A stretch of 64,000 bases of DNA from an uncultured Pseudomonadales bacterium (GCA_964447905.1 CAYUUK010000005.1:279-64278), one strand, 5' to 3'. Positions 19,871 to 29,685 are shown, counted from the stretch's first letter. Program-made: numbers and translations. Notes: generated by a model from the sequence alone, not told the origin.

Positions 19871-21131
19871 ACAACTTTTTGATGAGTACCAAAAATATGT
19901 GCTTGAGGTGACGCCGTTTCGCGCCCCAATTCTTGCATCGGCTCAAGGAAGTTACTATAAAGATATCGATGGAAACAGCTATCTTGATCTTATGGGAGGC
20001 CAGTTTTGTGAAGTGTTGGGTCATGGAGATGAAGAGTTAGCGGAAGTGGTGTATAAACAGAGTAAAAAGATTTTACATACCAATACATTGTGTTTGACGG
20101 AAGAGGTTCTCGAAGCATGTCGTGCACTCAGTGAAATAACAGATGAAAAGCTACAAAAGACAATTTTACTTTCCACAGGAGCTGAAGCAGTTGAATGTGC
20201 ATTACGATATGCTCGTTTTTACACCAAGAAAGATGGGATTGTTTCGATCACCAACGGGTACCACGGTTTAACATTAGCAACGCAAAGTATTTCGAGTGGC
20301 GGGGCATATGCTCATCCCCTAGTTCCTGGTTCCCACTTTATTCCAACTCCTGATTGGCACAATCGTCCTGATGATATTGATGAAGGGGAGTTTATAGATC
20401 AACACCTTAAAGCTGCCGAAGAGTATCTAGTGGCATATGAAGGCACCCTCGCCGCCTTCATTATCGAGCCAGTGGTATCAGTTGGAGGAATGATTTATTT
20501 ACCCAAAGAGTACTTTATCGGACTAGCGGAGATTGCCAAAAAGCATGACGCTCTGCTAATCTATGACGAGTGTCAAACTGGACTGGGTCGACTTGGCACC
20601 TGGTTTGGGTATGAGCGAACTGGCATAGTACCAGATATTTTAATTTTAGCGAAAGCAGCAGGACTCGGTTTTCCAGTTTCAGCAGTTATGTTTTCTCAAG
20701 AAATTGCGGAGGCTGTAGAAGGAAAGTTCATTCACTTTAGCTCGCACCAAAATGATCCTTTTTCTGCTCGAATGGTACTTCACTTAGTCAATACGATAAA
20801 AAAAGAAAATATGCTTTCAACAATTCGGGAAAGCGGTGAGTACTTTGTAAGTCGCCTGCAAGAGCTTTCTAAAAAAAGTGCTTTGCTGTTGCGGCCGCGT
20901 GGAGAAGGACTCATGATTTCTTTCGATTTACCAGAAGAGCACTTTACTGAGACGATAAATCCCGGAATGCGGCTCATTGATTTGCTTGAACAGCACGGGG
21001 TAATGGTGCAGGCAATCCACAGAGGTAAGACGTTCCGTATAATTCCAAGTTATCGCATTTCTCGAGACGAAATTGATTTTTGTATTAAGACACTCGATAC
21101 CTGTTTACAAATTTTAGAAAAGGAACTATGA
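19851..21131 (+). CDS. Class III PLP aminotransferase
   Basis: STGAEAVE, YHGLT, IIEPV, DECQTGLGR, PDILILAK; start could be 19845, 19851 or 19857. Confidence 0.88.
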   Translation: MNMNKSKQLFDEYQKYVLEVTPFRAPILASAQGSYYKDIDGNSYLDLMGGQFCEVLGHGDEELAEVVYKQSKKILHTNTLCLTEEVLEACRALSEITDEKLQKTILLSTGAEAVECALRYARFYTKKDGIVSITNGYHGLTLATQSISSGGAYAHPLVPGSHFIPTPDWHNRPDDIDEGEFIDQHLKAAEEYLVAYEGTLAAFIIEPVVSVGGMIYLPKEYFIGLAEIAKKHDALLIYDECQTGLGRLGTWFGYERTGIVPDILILAKAAGLGFPVSAVMFSQEIAEAVEGKFIHFSSHQNDPFSARMVLHLVNTIKKENMLSTIRESGEYFVSRLQELSKKSALLLRPRGEGLMISFDLPEEHFTETINPGMRLIDLLEQHGVMVQAIHRGKTFRIIPSYRISRDEIDFCIKTLDTCLQILEKEL

Positions 21132-22228
21132 AAGTACCTTTCGTTGATCTCTCCCAACAATATAAAGAGGTGAAAGTTGAACTGCAGAAGGATTTCGATC
21201 GGGTTTTTGCAGCACAGAACTTCATTTTAGGAAATGAAGTTGAGCAGTTTGAAAAAGAATTTGCCGCGTATATTGGGAGTAAGTACTGTGTAGGTGTTGG
21301 AAGTGGAACAGATGCACTTATCCTCGCCTTAAAGGCAATGGGTGTCGGTGAGAATGATGAGGTGATTTTGCCCACACACACTTTTGTAGCTACTGCTTTG
21401 GCGGTGATCGAAACAGGAGGAACCCCAGTTTTTGTGGATGTGGATGAGGCTACTCTGCAAATGGACGTGGATGCTGTCGCTGCTGCTATAAACACTAAGA
21501 CAAAGGTTATTCTGCCAGTTCACTTATATGGATCCATGGTTCCAATGGACAGACTTGTGCAGTTAGCTCAGAAGCACGATATTCAGATTTTAGAAGACGC
21601 TTGTCAGGCACATGGTGCGACGTATTCTGGGCAAAAAGCCGGGACATTTGGTAGTATGGCTGCCTTTAGCTTTTATCCTGGGAAAAATCTGGGCGCTTAT
21701 GGCGATGCTGGGGCAATTGTTACTAATGATCCTGAACTCTATGAACAGGCCAAACTCCTGCATAACTATGGGCAAAGAAAAAAGTACCATCATGAAATGC
21801 TCGGAAAAAATTCTCGTCTCGATGAGCTTCAGGCTGCATTTTTGCGGACAAAACTCCTGCATCTGGATAGCTGGAATCAGCAAAGAAAGCAAATTGCCCA
21901 AAAGTATAACGCTTCTTTAGGGCAGTATCGCTTGGAAGTTCCTGATGAAATAGAGAGTGTATATCACCTATACGTGATCCAGCATCCTCATCGTGATGAG
22001 TTGCAGGCATATTTAGAAAACCATGGGGTGAATACGCTTATTCACTATCCCATACCATTGCACATGCAGCAGTGTTTTAAGTACATGAATCATGCTCCGG
22101 AAGAGTATCCGATTGCCGAAAAGTACACAGCACGGATTCTTAGTTTACCAATTTATCCTGGCATGACTGATGAGCAGGTAGACTATGTCATTGAGCAAAT
22201 TCTGACGTTTGAGAACGAGAAGAAATGA
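21128..22228 (+). CDS. DegT/DnrJ/EryC1/StrS sugar aminotransferase (FdtB-like)
   Basis: GSGTDAL, EDACQAHGA, SFYPGKNLGAYGDAG, NSRLDELQAA. Confidence 0.92.
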   Translation: MKVPFVDLSQQYKEVKVELQKDFDRVFAAQNFILGNEVEQFEKEFAAYIGSKYCVGVGSGTDALILALKAMGVGENDEVILPTHTFVATALAVIETGGTPVFVDVDEATLQMDVDAVAAAINTKTKVILPVHLYGSMVPMDRLVQLAQKHDIQILEDACQAHGATYSGQKAGTFGSMAAFSFYPGKNLGAYGDAGAIVTNDPELYEQAKLLHNYGQRKKYHHEMLGKNSRLDELQAAFLRTKLLHLDSWNQQRKQIAQKYNASLGQYRLEVPDEIESVYHLYVIQHPHRDELQAYLENHGVNTLIHYPIPLHMQQCFKYMNHAPEEYPIAEKYTARILSLPIYPGMTDEQVDYVIEQILTFENEKK

Positions 22229-23196
22229 GATCCCCAACGGTTTCTATCACGCTAGCAACATATAACAGAACGGAATTTCTGCAAGGGACTCTCGATTCTT
22301 TAGTCGCGCAAACGTATCAAGATTTTGAGATTATCTTGGTGGATGATGGCTCAACAGACAATACCCCACAGCATATTGAACAATTACTAAAAAATAAGAA
22401 GTATGCAAAGGTTCGATTTTTTCCACTACCAGAGAATAGAGGAATAGCGTTTGCTATATCCTACGCAATGCAGCACTCAAAAGGTAAGTATATCTCCCAT
22501 ATTGGCTCGGATGATCTATGGCAGAAAACGGCTCTTGAAAAAATGGTGCAGGTGCTCGATACCAATTCAGAAGTTGGTGTTGTGTACACAGATGCCTCTC
22601 GGATTGATAGAGATGGCAAGATACTTTCTGAATCTCGTTTTGCTGAGAACCCAATAGGACCTCAAAAAGGCTGGGTTTTTAAAGACTTGCTTCTAAAGGG
22701 AATGTTTGTGTCCGCTATCTCAGTTACGTTTCGGCGATCTTTGTATGATATTGTTGGCGATTTTGATACTAACTATAGCATTAGTAATGATTACGATTTC
22801 TTTATGCGCTGTTCCGCTCATGCACAATTTGACTATATTAATGAGGTCTTAGCTTGTTGGAGAATGCATGACAAAAATCTTCATAAGAAAGACAAAACAC
22901 AAGCTTACATAGAGAGAATAGCGGTTATTCAAAAGAATTACATGGCATGTGGCAAGGAATTCCATATCTCCGAATTGAGATATCGAACTATAATTTCTAG
23001 TATTTATCTTCAAACTGGAATTTTCAAAGCACAAGCGGGCGACTTTGCGGAAAGCCGACCGTATTTCATTAAAAGTTTGATGTTTATGCCAGTAAATATT
23101 TTAGCGTTTGTGTTGTTTTTTAACACATATCTGAAATTACGATGGTTATGGCATTTTGAAATATATAAAAAAGTATATTTGCGAATGTTTAAATAA
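22225..23196 (+). CDS. Glycosyltransferase family 2
   Basis: TYNR, VDDGSTD, GSDD, NDYD. Confidence 0.9.
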   Translation: MRSPTVSITLATYNRTEFLQGTLDSLVAQTYQDFEIILVDDGSTDNTPQHIEQLLKNKKYAKVRFFPLPENRGIAFAISYAMQHSKGKYISHIGSDDLWQKTALEKMVQVLDTNSEVGVVYTDASRIDRDGKILSESRFAENPIGPQKGWVFKDLLLKGMFVSAISVTFRRSLYDIVGDFDTNYSISNDYDFFMRCSAHAQFDYINEVLACWRMHDKNLHKKDKTQAYIERIAVIQKNYMACGKEFHISELRYRTIISSIYLQTGIFKAQAGDFAESRPYFIKSLMFMPVNILAFVLFFNTYLKLRWLWHFEIYKKVYLRMFK

Positions 23197-23198
23197 GT

Positions 23199-24140
23199 AT
23201 GAAACAGATACAATCACTTATGACCACGAAATGGTTTCGATATGGTGTTTCGATTCTTTTGACGGTTTTTCTTGTTTATTACTTTGTTGATTTTGGATTC
23301 TTTTTTGAAAATCTGTTGTCTACACGCTGGGAATACAGTATCATTCCAATTGTTTTTTACTATTTTCTTTTGGCGGCAATGGCTATGCGATGGCGTGTAG
23401 CTTTACGGCACTTATCAATCCATGTGCCATTGAGTGAACTCTTTTTGCTCTATTTGAAACACAACTGTATAAACCAAATTTCTCCAGGAAGTATCGTTGG
23501 AGATGGATATCGTGTTATTCATCTAAACAAAAAATACTCGGTGCCGAAAACTCTTTCTCTCTCGACAGTTATTATTGAGCGAATAGTAGGATTAAGTACA
23601 CGTATTCTTCTATTTGTACTCTTTTCTTTGTACCTATTTACCCAAATTGACTTTGTTTCTTTTGATTCCACTTCTCTCACAAAATATGTGTATTTGATAC
23701 CTGTTGTCGGTGTGATCTTCTTGGTTTCCCTTAAGCTATTTAAGAATAAACTCTTTTCTTTATTCAACACTGTGAAAAGTACTCTTCTAAATAGATATGT
23801 ATTAGTGGCTTCAATTGGTTTTACGCTTCTTGCTCAGGGAATACAGATTATTATGGCGTATGGAGTAGCTTTAATGGTCTCACTTCCGGTATCTCTCTAT
23901 CAGATAGGATTTGCTTTTGTGCTGGTAGAGCTCATCATGCTCATACCAGTCAGTGTGAATGGTTGGGGGACAAGGGAACTGGTTTTGATATATACCCTAG
24001 GAATATTTGGTGTGGATCCAACACTCACAACACTTTTTGCACTGATGAGCCGTGCTGTATATGTTTTCCTTACGTTACAAGGTCTTCCTTTTGTTATCCA
24101 TGAGTTTGGATTAAGAAATACTTTCAAGAAGCAACAGTAA
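23199..24140 (+). CDS. Lysylphosphatidylglycerol synthase TM-domain (UPF0104) flippase-like protein
   Basis: RW, PGSIVGD, ER, PVSVNGWGTRE; multi-TM. Confidence 0.8.
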   Translation: MKQIQSLMTTKWFRYGVSILLTVFLVYYFVDFGFFFENLLSTRWEYSIIPIVFYYFLLAAMAMRWRVALRHLSIHVPLSELFLLYLKHNCINQISPGSIVGDGYRVIHLNKKYSVPKTLSLSTVIIERIVGLSTRILLFVLFSLYLFTQIDFVSFDSTSLTKYVYLIPVVGVIFLVSLKLFKNKLFSLFNTVKSTLLNRYVLVASIGFTLLAQGIQIIMAYGVALMVSLPVSLYQIGFAFVLVELIMLIPVSVNGWGTRELVLIYTLGIFGVDPTLTTLFALMSRAVYVFLTLQGLPFVIHEFGLRNTFKKQQ

Positions 24141-24141
24141 T

Positions 24142-26658
24142 TTATTTTTTGGTATAACTATACACAACTATTGGTTCATTTCTTCTGCCAGAATGCACAC
24201 CGACTTCGTCTATTGGGCTGACAAAGCGTTTCGTAAATATATCCATAACATAGAGCGAAAGTGTATTGTTATGCTCACTAAAGCGTCGGCCAGCGAATAG
24301 CCACAGCGTTTGGCCAGATTTCATTTGGGTAAGTACTTGTGTAAGCTCGTCAGCGTTTCGAATGTATGGTGTGTTTGAGTAGATCGAAAGAACCTTATTA
24401 CTTCCAGATGGAATATATCCCATTTCGGAGCTCAAAGTTCCATTCATGATGTAGTCGTATTGACCATAGTGCCAGGGGTTGTAGATATCTGTAACTACAT
24501 ATATATCATTTGGCCGCTTGTGGTTACTGATGAAGGATAGTGCTTCCAGTGATCGTGGACTTCTGATAACAGCTGTAATTCCGTGAAACACGTGTGGGTT
24601 TTCAAGTAGCTTTGTGTAGAGCTTTGCCTGAGAGATCGTGCTGCTAGAGTAGAGTTCAATGTCACCAACACGGTTTCTTTCAAAGTAGTAGTGACTGGCA
24701 TAGTCTTTTACGGTACGTGAGGAAAGGATACCAATCAAGAGTGTACCGATAAAAACGAATGGCAACAGTTTTTTTGAAATTGATAGTTTTTGCACAAGAG
24801 AAAAAAGGATCCAGATGGCAAAAATACCAAAAGCAATATATGTGCCGAGCAAATACTTAACGGCAAAGCGATTAAACAGTAAGAATCCAAAAAGGAAGTT
24901 AAGGAGAGAAAAAATACCGATTAGAGTTATTTTTTCTGGTATCTTGATGTCTAGAGTGCGCCGTTTTAGAAGAAAATAGAGCGTAAGCACCACAATGAAT
25001 ATCAAAATTCCAAGATGACTGTAGAGTATGGTCGAACTGTAGTAGTGGAATGTGGGTAAAAAAGAATCTAAAACCCCAACTGTATTCGAAGACTGGACTG
25101 CATAGGTTCCTTTTAGGAAATGCAGACGGTAAAAATTGAGAATTTTAAAATTAAAGAGGTATCCCGCTGTAAAGCTAGCAAGGAGTGACAGCAATGAGAC
25201 ATTTCTCAACCATTTCCATCGATCTCTAAGCACCAAAAACACTAGGAAAGCCGGTATTACTGCATAGCTGAACAAAAGACTTGAACCAGCTACAAAGACA
25301 ATACCAATATATGTGGCAAGTTTGCTCTTTGATATTTTTTGAATGGAAGTTTGGTGGAAGATAGCAAGTGAGAGAAAGAGCAGTAAATATCCAATCATGT
25401 AGTGGCGAGCTTGAGTAGACCAAGCAATAAGATAGGGATATGTAGCAGCATATATCCCAACACCACATGCGAATACTTTGTTTGTATTTTTATAGAACTG
25501 AGTTAAGAAGTACACAAAGGCAACACCTGTAAGTAACGAGACAAGTCGCATAGAAAAGTGATTCGTGCCCAGAAGCAATCCACTGAGAGCTGTTAGGTAA
25601 CTGAAGAGATAACCTCGCATATATAGTTGGCCTGATTCGAAGAGAGGAAAACCATTTTTGAGAATGGCATCAGTGATGAGAGGGTAGAGCCCTTCGTCGC
25701 CACTAAATGGTAACAGCGAAATGTTGAGGAGTCTCAGTATTGCTGCAAATAGGGTGGTGTAGAGTGAAAGTACAATAAATCGATGTTCTCGAGTTTGTGA
25801 ACCACTCTTTTCTGCGGAGAAGAAGTTAAGACGTATTCTTTTTTGTAATCGGATGGCTAAGAGTGTTGCGGAGCTCAAAAATGGTCCAAAGGAAATAAAG
25901 ATGACAGCGATATATTGTTCAAGTTTGTTAAAAATATACTCAGATTCATATACAGCTTTTTTGTACAGAAAATTAAGGAATTCTGTAGGGTCATTTCTAA
26001 AATCTGCGATCGAGAAGATGTGTCGATAGTAAACTGCTTCTAGCAAAAGTTCGCCAGAATTCGGAAGTATTTGGTAGGTATAGGTTTTCTGCTTGGATTT
26101 AAGTTTTGGAAAACCGAGAATCATTGTTTTTTCTTGAGTCGGGGTAAACTCAGTCTCGAAAAGCCATTCTGTTGAGTCTTTTTCTTTCAGTCGAAAAATA
26201 AAGTTGCTCTGCATCGGTGTTTTGAGTGTAACGAGCAGAGTGCCAAAATTATTTACAGTGGATTCGTAATAACCTTCATATGCATGCGTATTTGTTTTCT
26301 CCTCTTCTGTGAGAGCTTTATAAACAGTAATGTTTTTGGGAGGATGGGTTTCAAAATGATGTTGTGAAACTGAAAAAGAACCTGATAGAAACGTGAAAAT
26401 AGCAATGCTGGCGAGTAGTAGCGGTGAAAAAAGAAAAGAGATACCCAACTCAGTTACTGAATGAATGATTGCCCTAAATTGAATTTTCTTCCAATTGAAG
26501 GCAATAAGGCTAACGGTACTAATGATTGGTGCGAGAATAAAAAAATTTGGGAGTTTGAAGTATGGATGCGGACTAAAAAACTGGAGACAAAAGAGTAAAC
26601 CTGTCAGAGCAGAAAAAAGTAGAAATACTCGTGCTAACGAGGCAAAAGATAATTTCAT
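24142..26658 (-). CDS. Large GT-C (PMT/ArnT-like) membrane glycosyltransferase
   Basis: FSGDEG after a TM, MRLVS, QARHY; many TMs. Confidence 0.7.
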   Translation of the reverse strand: MKLSFASLARVFLLFSALTGLLFCLQFFSPHPYFKLPNFFILAPIISTVSLIAFNWKKIQFRAIIHSVTELGISFLFSPLLLASIAIFTFLSGSFSVSQHHFETHPPKNITVYKALTEEEKTNTHAYEGYYESTVNNFGTLLVTLKTPMQSNFIFRLKEKDSTEWLFETEFTPTQEKTMILGFPKLKSKQKTYTYQILPNSGELLLEAVYYRHIFSIADFRNDPTEFLNFLYKKAVYESEYIFNKLEQYIAVIFISFGPFLSSATLLAIRLQKRIRLNFFSAEKSGSQTREHRFIVLSLYTTLFAAILRLLNISLLPFSGDEGLYPLITDAILKNGFPLFESGQLYMRGYLFSYLTALSGLLLGTNHFSMRLVSLLTGVAFVYFLTQFYKNTNKVFACGVGIYAATYPYLIAWSTQARHYMIGYLLLFLSLAIFHQTSIQKISKSKLATYIGIVFVAGSSLLFSYAVIPAFLVFLVLRDRWKWLRNVSLLSLLASFTAGYLFNFKILNFYRLHFLKGTYAVQSSNTVGVLDSFLPTFHYYSSTILYSHLGILIFIVVLTLYFLLKRRTLDIKIPEKITLIGIFSLLNFLFGFLLFNRFAVKYLLGTYIAFGIFAIWILFSLVQKLSISKKLLPFVFIGTLLIGILSSRTVKDYASHYYFERNRVGDIELYSSSTISQAKLYTKLLENPHVFHGITAVIRSPRSLEALSFISNHKRPNDIYVVTDIYNPWHYGQYDYIMNGTLSSEMGYIPSGSNKVLSIYSNTPYIRNADELTQVLTQMKSGQTLWLFAGRRFSEHNNTLSLYVMDIFTKRFVSPIDEVGVHSGRRNEPIVVYSYTKK

Positions 26659-27251
26659 AAAGTGCTTGGATCCTGAATAGTAAAGTATTTATATTTATCA
26701 CAGATATTATTTGTATTGCAGAGGCGTAAAATTGCGTTGTCTATAGGTTCTGTTACAGGTTGTTTTATAACAACTTTTTCATTTTCCCATCGGACAATGA
26801 TGAAGTTTGTATTTCCGACCGTGACTGTACCTGCTTGCCAGGGATCACCAAAATTTTGACCATTCAGAGACACATAATCACCTTGAATTGAAGAAGTACT
26901 ACTGAGAGAGTGTATCCTTAGTGCTGTGAATGAATTTGTGCCCGTGATAAAGAACAGAATTGCTATTGGAAGAAAAGAAAGAAAAACCAATACGTAAATA
27001 AGCGGGTTTCTTTTTTGAGCAATAAATTCACCTACCCAAAAAGCAACAATTGAAGAAATTAAGAGGCATATCGCTTGAAATATTAAAAAAAATGACTCGA
27101 AAGGGACTCGAGTTTGAAAGGAGAGTAATGAGCCGCTACTCAAGAGTATTACAAAAATTAGTAGAGCAAAGAAGAGTTTCCAAACAAAGAGATTCGCTGA
27201 TATAGGGATTGCTCGTATTAACTTTTTGGCCTGAGTCGTAATAGCATGCAT
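26655..27251 (-). CDS. Membrane protein with C-terminal IPT/TIG-like domain
   Basis: 3 TMs then GDYVSLNGQNFG...W. Confidence 0.55.
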   Translation of the reverse strand: MHAITTQAKKLIRAIPISANLFVWKLFFALLIFVILLSSGSLLSFQTRVPFESFFLIFQAICLLISSIVAFWVGEFIAQKRNPLIYVLVFLSFLPIAILFFITGTNSFTALRIHSLSSTSSIQGDYVSLNGQNFGDPWQAGTVTVGNTNFIIVRWENEKVVIKQPVTEPIDNAILRLCNTNNICDKYKYFTIQDPSTL

Positions 27252-27258
27252 ATCAATA

Positions 27259-28170
27259 TTACTTTAAAAAGTAGTTTTGGTTAGATTTCTGCTGTATCAT
27301 CAAATCCATAATCAACCCACTCACAAACATCTGAAACCCAAACAATATCAAGAAGATAGCCATCAGGGGCCAGATGCGATCGCTCAAACTGTAGCCCCAA
27401 ACCAAGCGGGCGAAAAAGAGCCATGCCAAGAGAGCTACTCCGCTGCTGCCTAACAAAATCCCCACCCCGCCCAAAAAATGCAACGGCCTCGCCGAGTACT
27501 TCTGGAAGAACCACAAACTCAGCATGTCCAAGAAGCCCTTGAGCGTGCGCTTAAAGTTGTACTTCGTAGTGCCGTGGATGCGTGCGCGGTGGTTGGTGAC
27601 CATCTCGCCAATCTGGAAGCCGCGCCACTTCAAGATGGCCGGAATAAAGCGGTGCATCTCGCCGCGGAGATTCACGCCTTCGAAGCACTCTTGTCGATAG
27701 ACGCGCAGCGTACAGCCGGAGTCATGCACTCCATCGCTCACCAAAAACGAGCGCAGCCAGCGGGCGCCCTGGGAAATAAAGCGTTTACTAAAGGTATCCT
27801 TGCGGCGTTTGCGCCAGCCGCAGACTACATCGAGGTCTTCTTTGAGCAGTTTCTCCAGCATTTTTGGTACGTCGGCGGGGTCGTTTTGCAGGTCGCCGTC
27901 GAGCGTGACTAAGAACTCGCCTTGGGCGGCTTTGATACCGGCGTCCATCGAGGCGGTTTGGCCGAAGTTGCGGCGCATGCGCAGGATGGTGATGGGATCG
28001 AGTTTTAGCAGTTCGGCGTAGGTGTTGTCGGTGGAGCCGTCGTCTATAAAGATGATCTCAAATGGTTTTTTTATCTTTTTGGCCGCCGCCACTATTTCGC
28101 CATGCAGCGTGGCCACGTTTTCCTCTTCGTTCATGACAGGCACGATAAATGAAATGTACGGCGTAGACAT
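27259..28170 (-). CDS. DPM1/ArnC-like GT2 (polyprenol-phosphate glycosyltransferase)
   Basis: DDGSTD, RRNFGQT, DGDLQNDP, GEMHRFIP, two C-terminal TMs. Confidence 0.9.
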   Translation of the reverse strand: MSTPYISFIVPVMNEEENVATLHGEIVAAAKKIKKPFEIIFIDDGSTDNTYAELLKLDPITILRMRRNFGQTASMDAGIKAAQGEFLVTLDGDLQNDPADVPKMLEKLLKEDLDVVCGWRKRRKDTFSKRFISQGARWLRSFLVSDGVHDSGCTLRVYRQECFEGVNLRGEMHRFIPAILKWRGFQIGEMVTNHRARIHGTTKYNFKRTLKGFLDMLSLWFFQKYSARPLHFLGGVGILLGSSGVALLAWLFFARLVWGYSLSDRIWPLMAIFLILFGFQMFVSGLIMDLMIQQKSNQNYFLK

Positions 28171-28229
28171 GCTATTTACTATACCAGGTTGTGCGTTTTG
28201 TGTGAAGGTTGGGTGGTATAACAGAACGT

Positions 28230-28463
28230 ATGCGGTTTCAATTCCGAAAAATAATACGTATAGGAGCACAAAGATGGATCGGAATTGTCCAACGGCGTGA
28301 TTACACACATACAGCTATTACACTTTTACAAGTAACGTTTGGTGTGGCCTGGGCAAGTTTGCTGAATATTCAACACATCCAGGCTCCAGCAGCTCTGGGA
28401 AATTTGTTGATATGTTTACTCTTGTGGTACTATATTTTCTTAAAGAAGGAGCAAAATGGTTGA
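28230..28463 (+). CDS. Small two-TM protein (77 aa), gene A of module copy 2
   Basis: TGGTATAAC 7 nt before ATG; QVTFGVAW...N...LWY. Confidence 0.65.
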   Translation: MRFQFRKIIRIGAQRWIGIVQRRDYTHTAITLLQVTFGVAWASLLNIQHIQAPAALGNLLICLLLWYYIFLKKEQNG

Positions 28464-28599
28464 ATTCATTCAGAGGATTCTTGAGGGAATTGCATACTAT
28501 TCACCATTTATTATCATGTTCGTTATCACAAGCATGATTGTTGGACCGCTCTTATTGGCGCAATTCTTTGGATTTCTCTCAAAAATTATAAAAAACTAG
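28456..28599 (+). CDS. Small hydrophobic protein (47 aa), gene B of module copy 2; not in the ORF track
   Basis: Translated by hand: MVEFIQRILEGIAYYSPFIIMFVITSMIVGPLLLAQFFGFLSKIIKN*; SD AAGGAG at 28446-28451. Confidence 0.65.
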   Translation: MVEFIQRILEGIAYYSPFIIMFVITSMIVGPLLLAQFFGFLSKIIKN

Positions 28600-29552
28600 G
28601 TATTGAGCCGATTTTCCCGATACCACTCCACAAACTTCCGTAACCCTGTAGCAAACGGCGTCTTGGGCTCATACCCCAAATCTTGCTGCGCGGCGCTGAC
28701 ATCGGCATACGTAATCTCCACATCGCCGGGTTGCATGGGGTATTGATCGATAACTGCTTTTTTACCGATGATCTCTTCGAGAGTAGCAATAAACTCGTTG
28801 AGGCTCACCGGTGTGTGGTTGCCGAGGTTGTAGATGGCAAACGGCTTGGGGTGATCAATGGCGCCTAACACGCCATCCACGATGTCGTCGATAAACGTGT
28901 AGTCGCGTTTGGTTTCGCCGGTGCCGAATTTTTTGATTGGTTTCCCCTGGAATATGGCTTCGGTAAACAAGTACGGCGCCATATCTGGCCGGCCATTTGG
29001 TCCGTACACCGTAAAAAAGCGTAAGCAAGTGGCTTGGATGTCATAGAGATGGGCGTAGGTGTGGCAGTACATTTCGAGCGCCTTTTTGCAGGCAGCGTAC
29101 GGGCTGATCGGTGCGTTGGCTGGGTCGGTTTCTGAGAATGGCACTTTGGTTTGGTTGCCGTACACGGAGCTGGACGAGGCGGCCACAATCTGTTTCACGC
29201 CGTGCTGGTGCATGGCTTCTAAGATGTGGAGAGTGCCTTGGACGTTGGTTTTTTCATACAGGAGAGGATCGGCGATGGACGGGCGCACACCAGCCCGCGC
29301 GCCGAGGTGGACGATGCAGTCAAAGGCGTTGTGGGCAAAGAGCGGTTCGAGCTCTGTTTGCTCGGAAAAGTCGAGTTGCTGAAAAGTGAAGTGCTCATGC
29401 TGTGCTAAGCGGTCAATATTTGCTTGTTTCCACTCAGGGCTGTAGTAGTCGTTGAGATTGTCGATGCCGGTAACGGTGTCACCCCGCTGCAGAAGCGTTT
29501 CGGCCACATGAGAACCAATAAAACCGGCGACGCCAGTAACGAGTAGATGCAT
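28596..29552 (-). CDS. UDP-glucuronate 4-epimerase-like SDR
   Basis: GVAGFIG, ARAGVRPS, SSSSVYG, YAACK, RFFTVYGPNGRPDMA. Confidence 0.9.
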   Translation of the reverse strand: MHLLVTGVAGFIGSHVAETLLQRGDTVTGIDNLNDYYSPEWKQANIDRLAQHEHFTFQQLDFSEQTELEPLFAHNAFDCIVHLGARAGVRPSIADPLLYEKTNVQGTLHILEAMHQHGVKQIVAASSSSVYGNQTKVPFSETDPANAPISPYAACKKALEMYCHTYAHLYDIQATCLRFFTVYGPNGRPDMAPYLFTEAIFQGKPIKKFGTGETKRDYTFIDDIVDGVLGAIDHPKPFAIYNLGNHTPVSLNEFIATLEEIIGKKAVIDQYPMQPGDVEITYADVSAAQQDLGYEPKTPFATGLRKFVEWYRENRLNT

Positions 29553-29611
29553 GGGGACATGGTAGCACAATTTGTGTGCGCTCACGCTCAGCAAGGAGCA
29601 AAAATGAATTG

Positions 29612-29685
29612 TGGCTGATTAGGGACTCGAACCCCAGACCTCTCGAATGTGAATCGAACGCTCTAACCAACTGAGCTAATCAGCC
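29612..29685 (-). tRNA. tRNA-Val (CAC), CCA not encoded
   Basis: GGCTGAT TA GCTC...TTCGA TTCACAT TCGAG...TGGGG TTCGAGT CCCTA ATCAGCC A. Confidence 0.93.
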
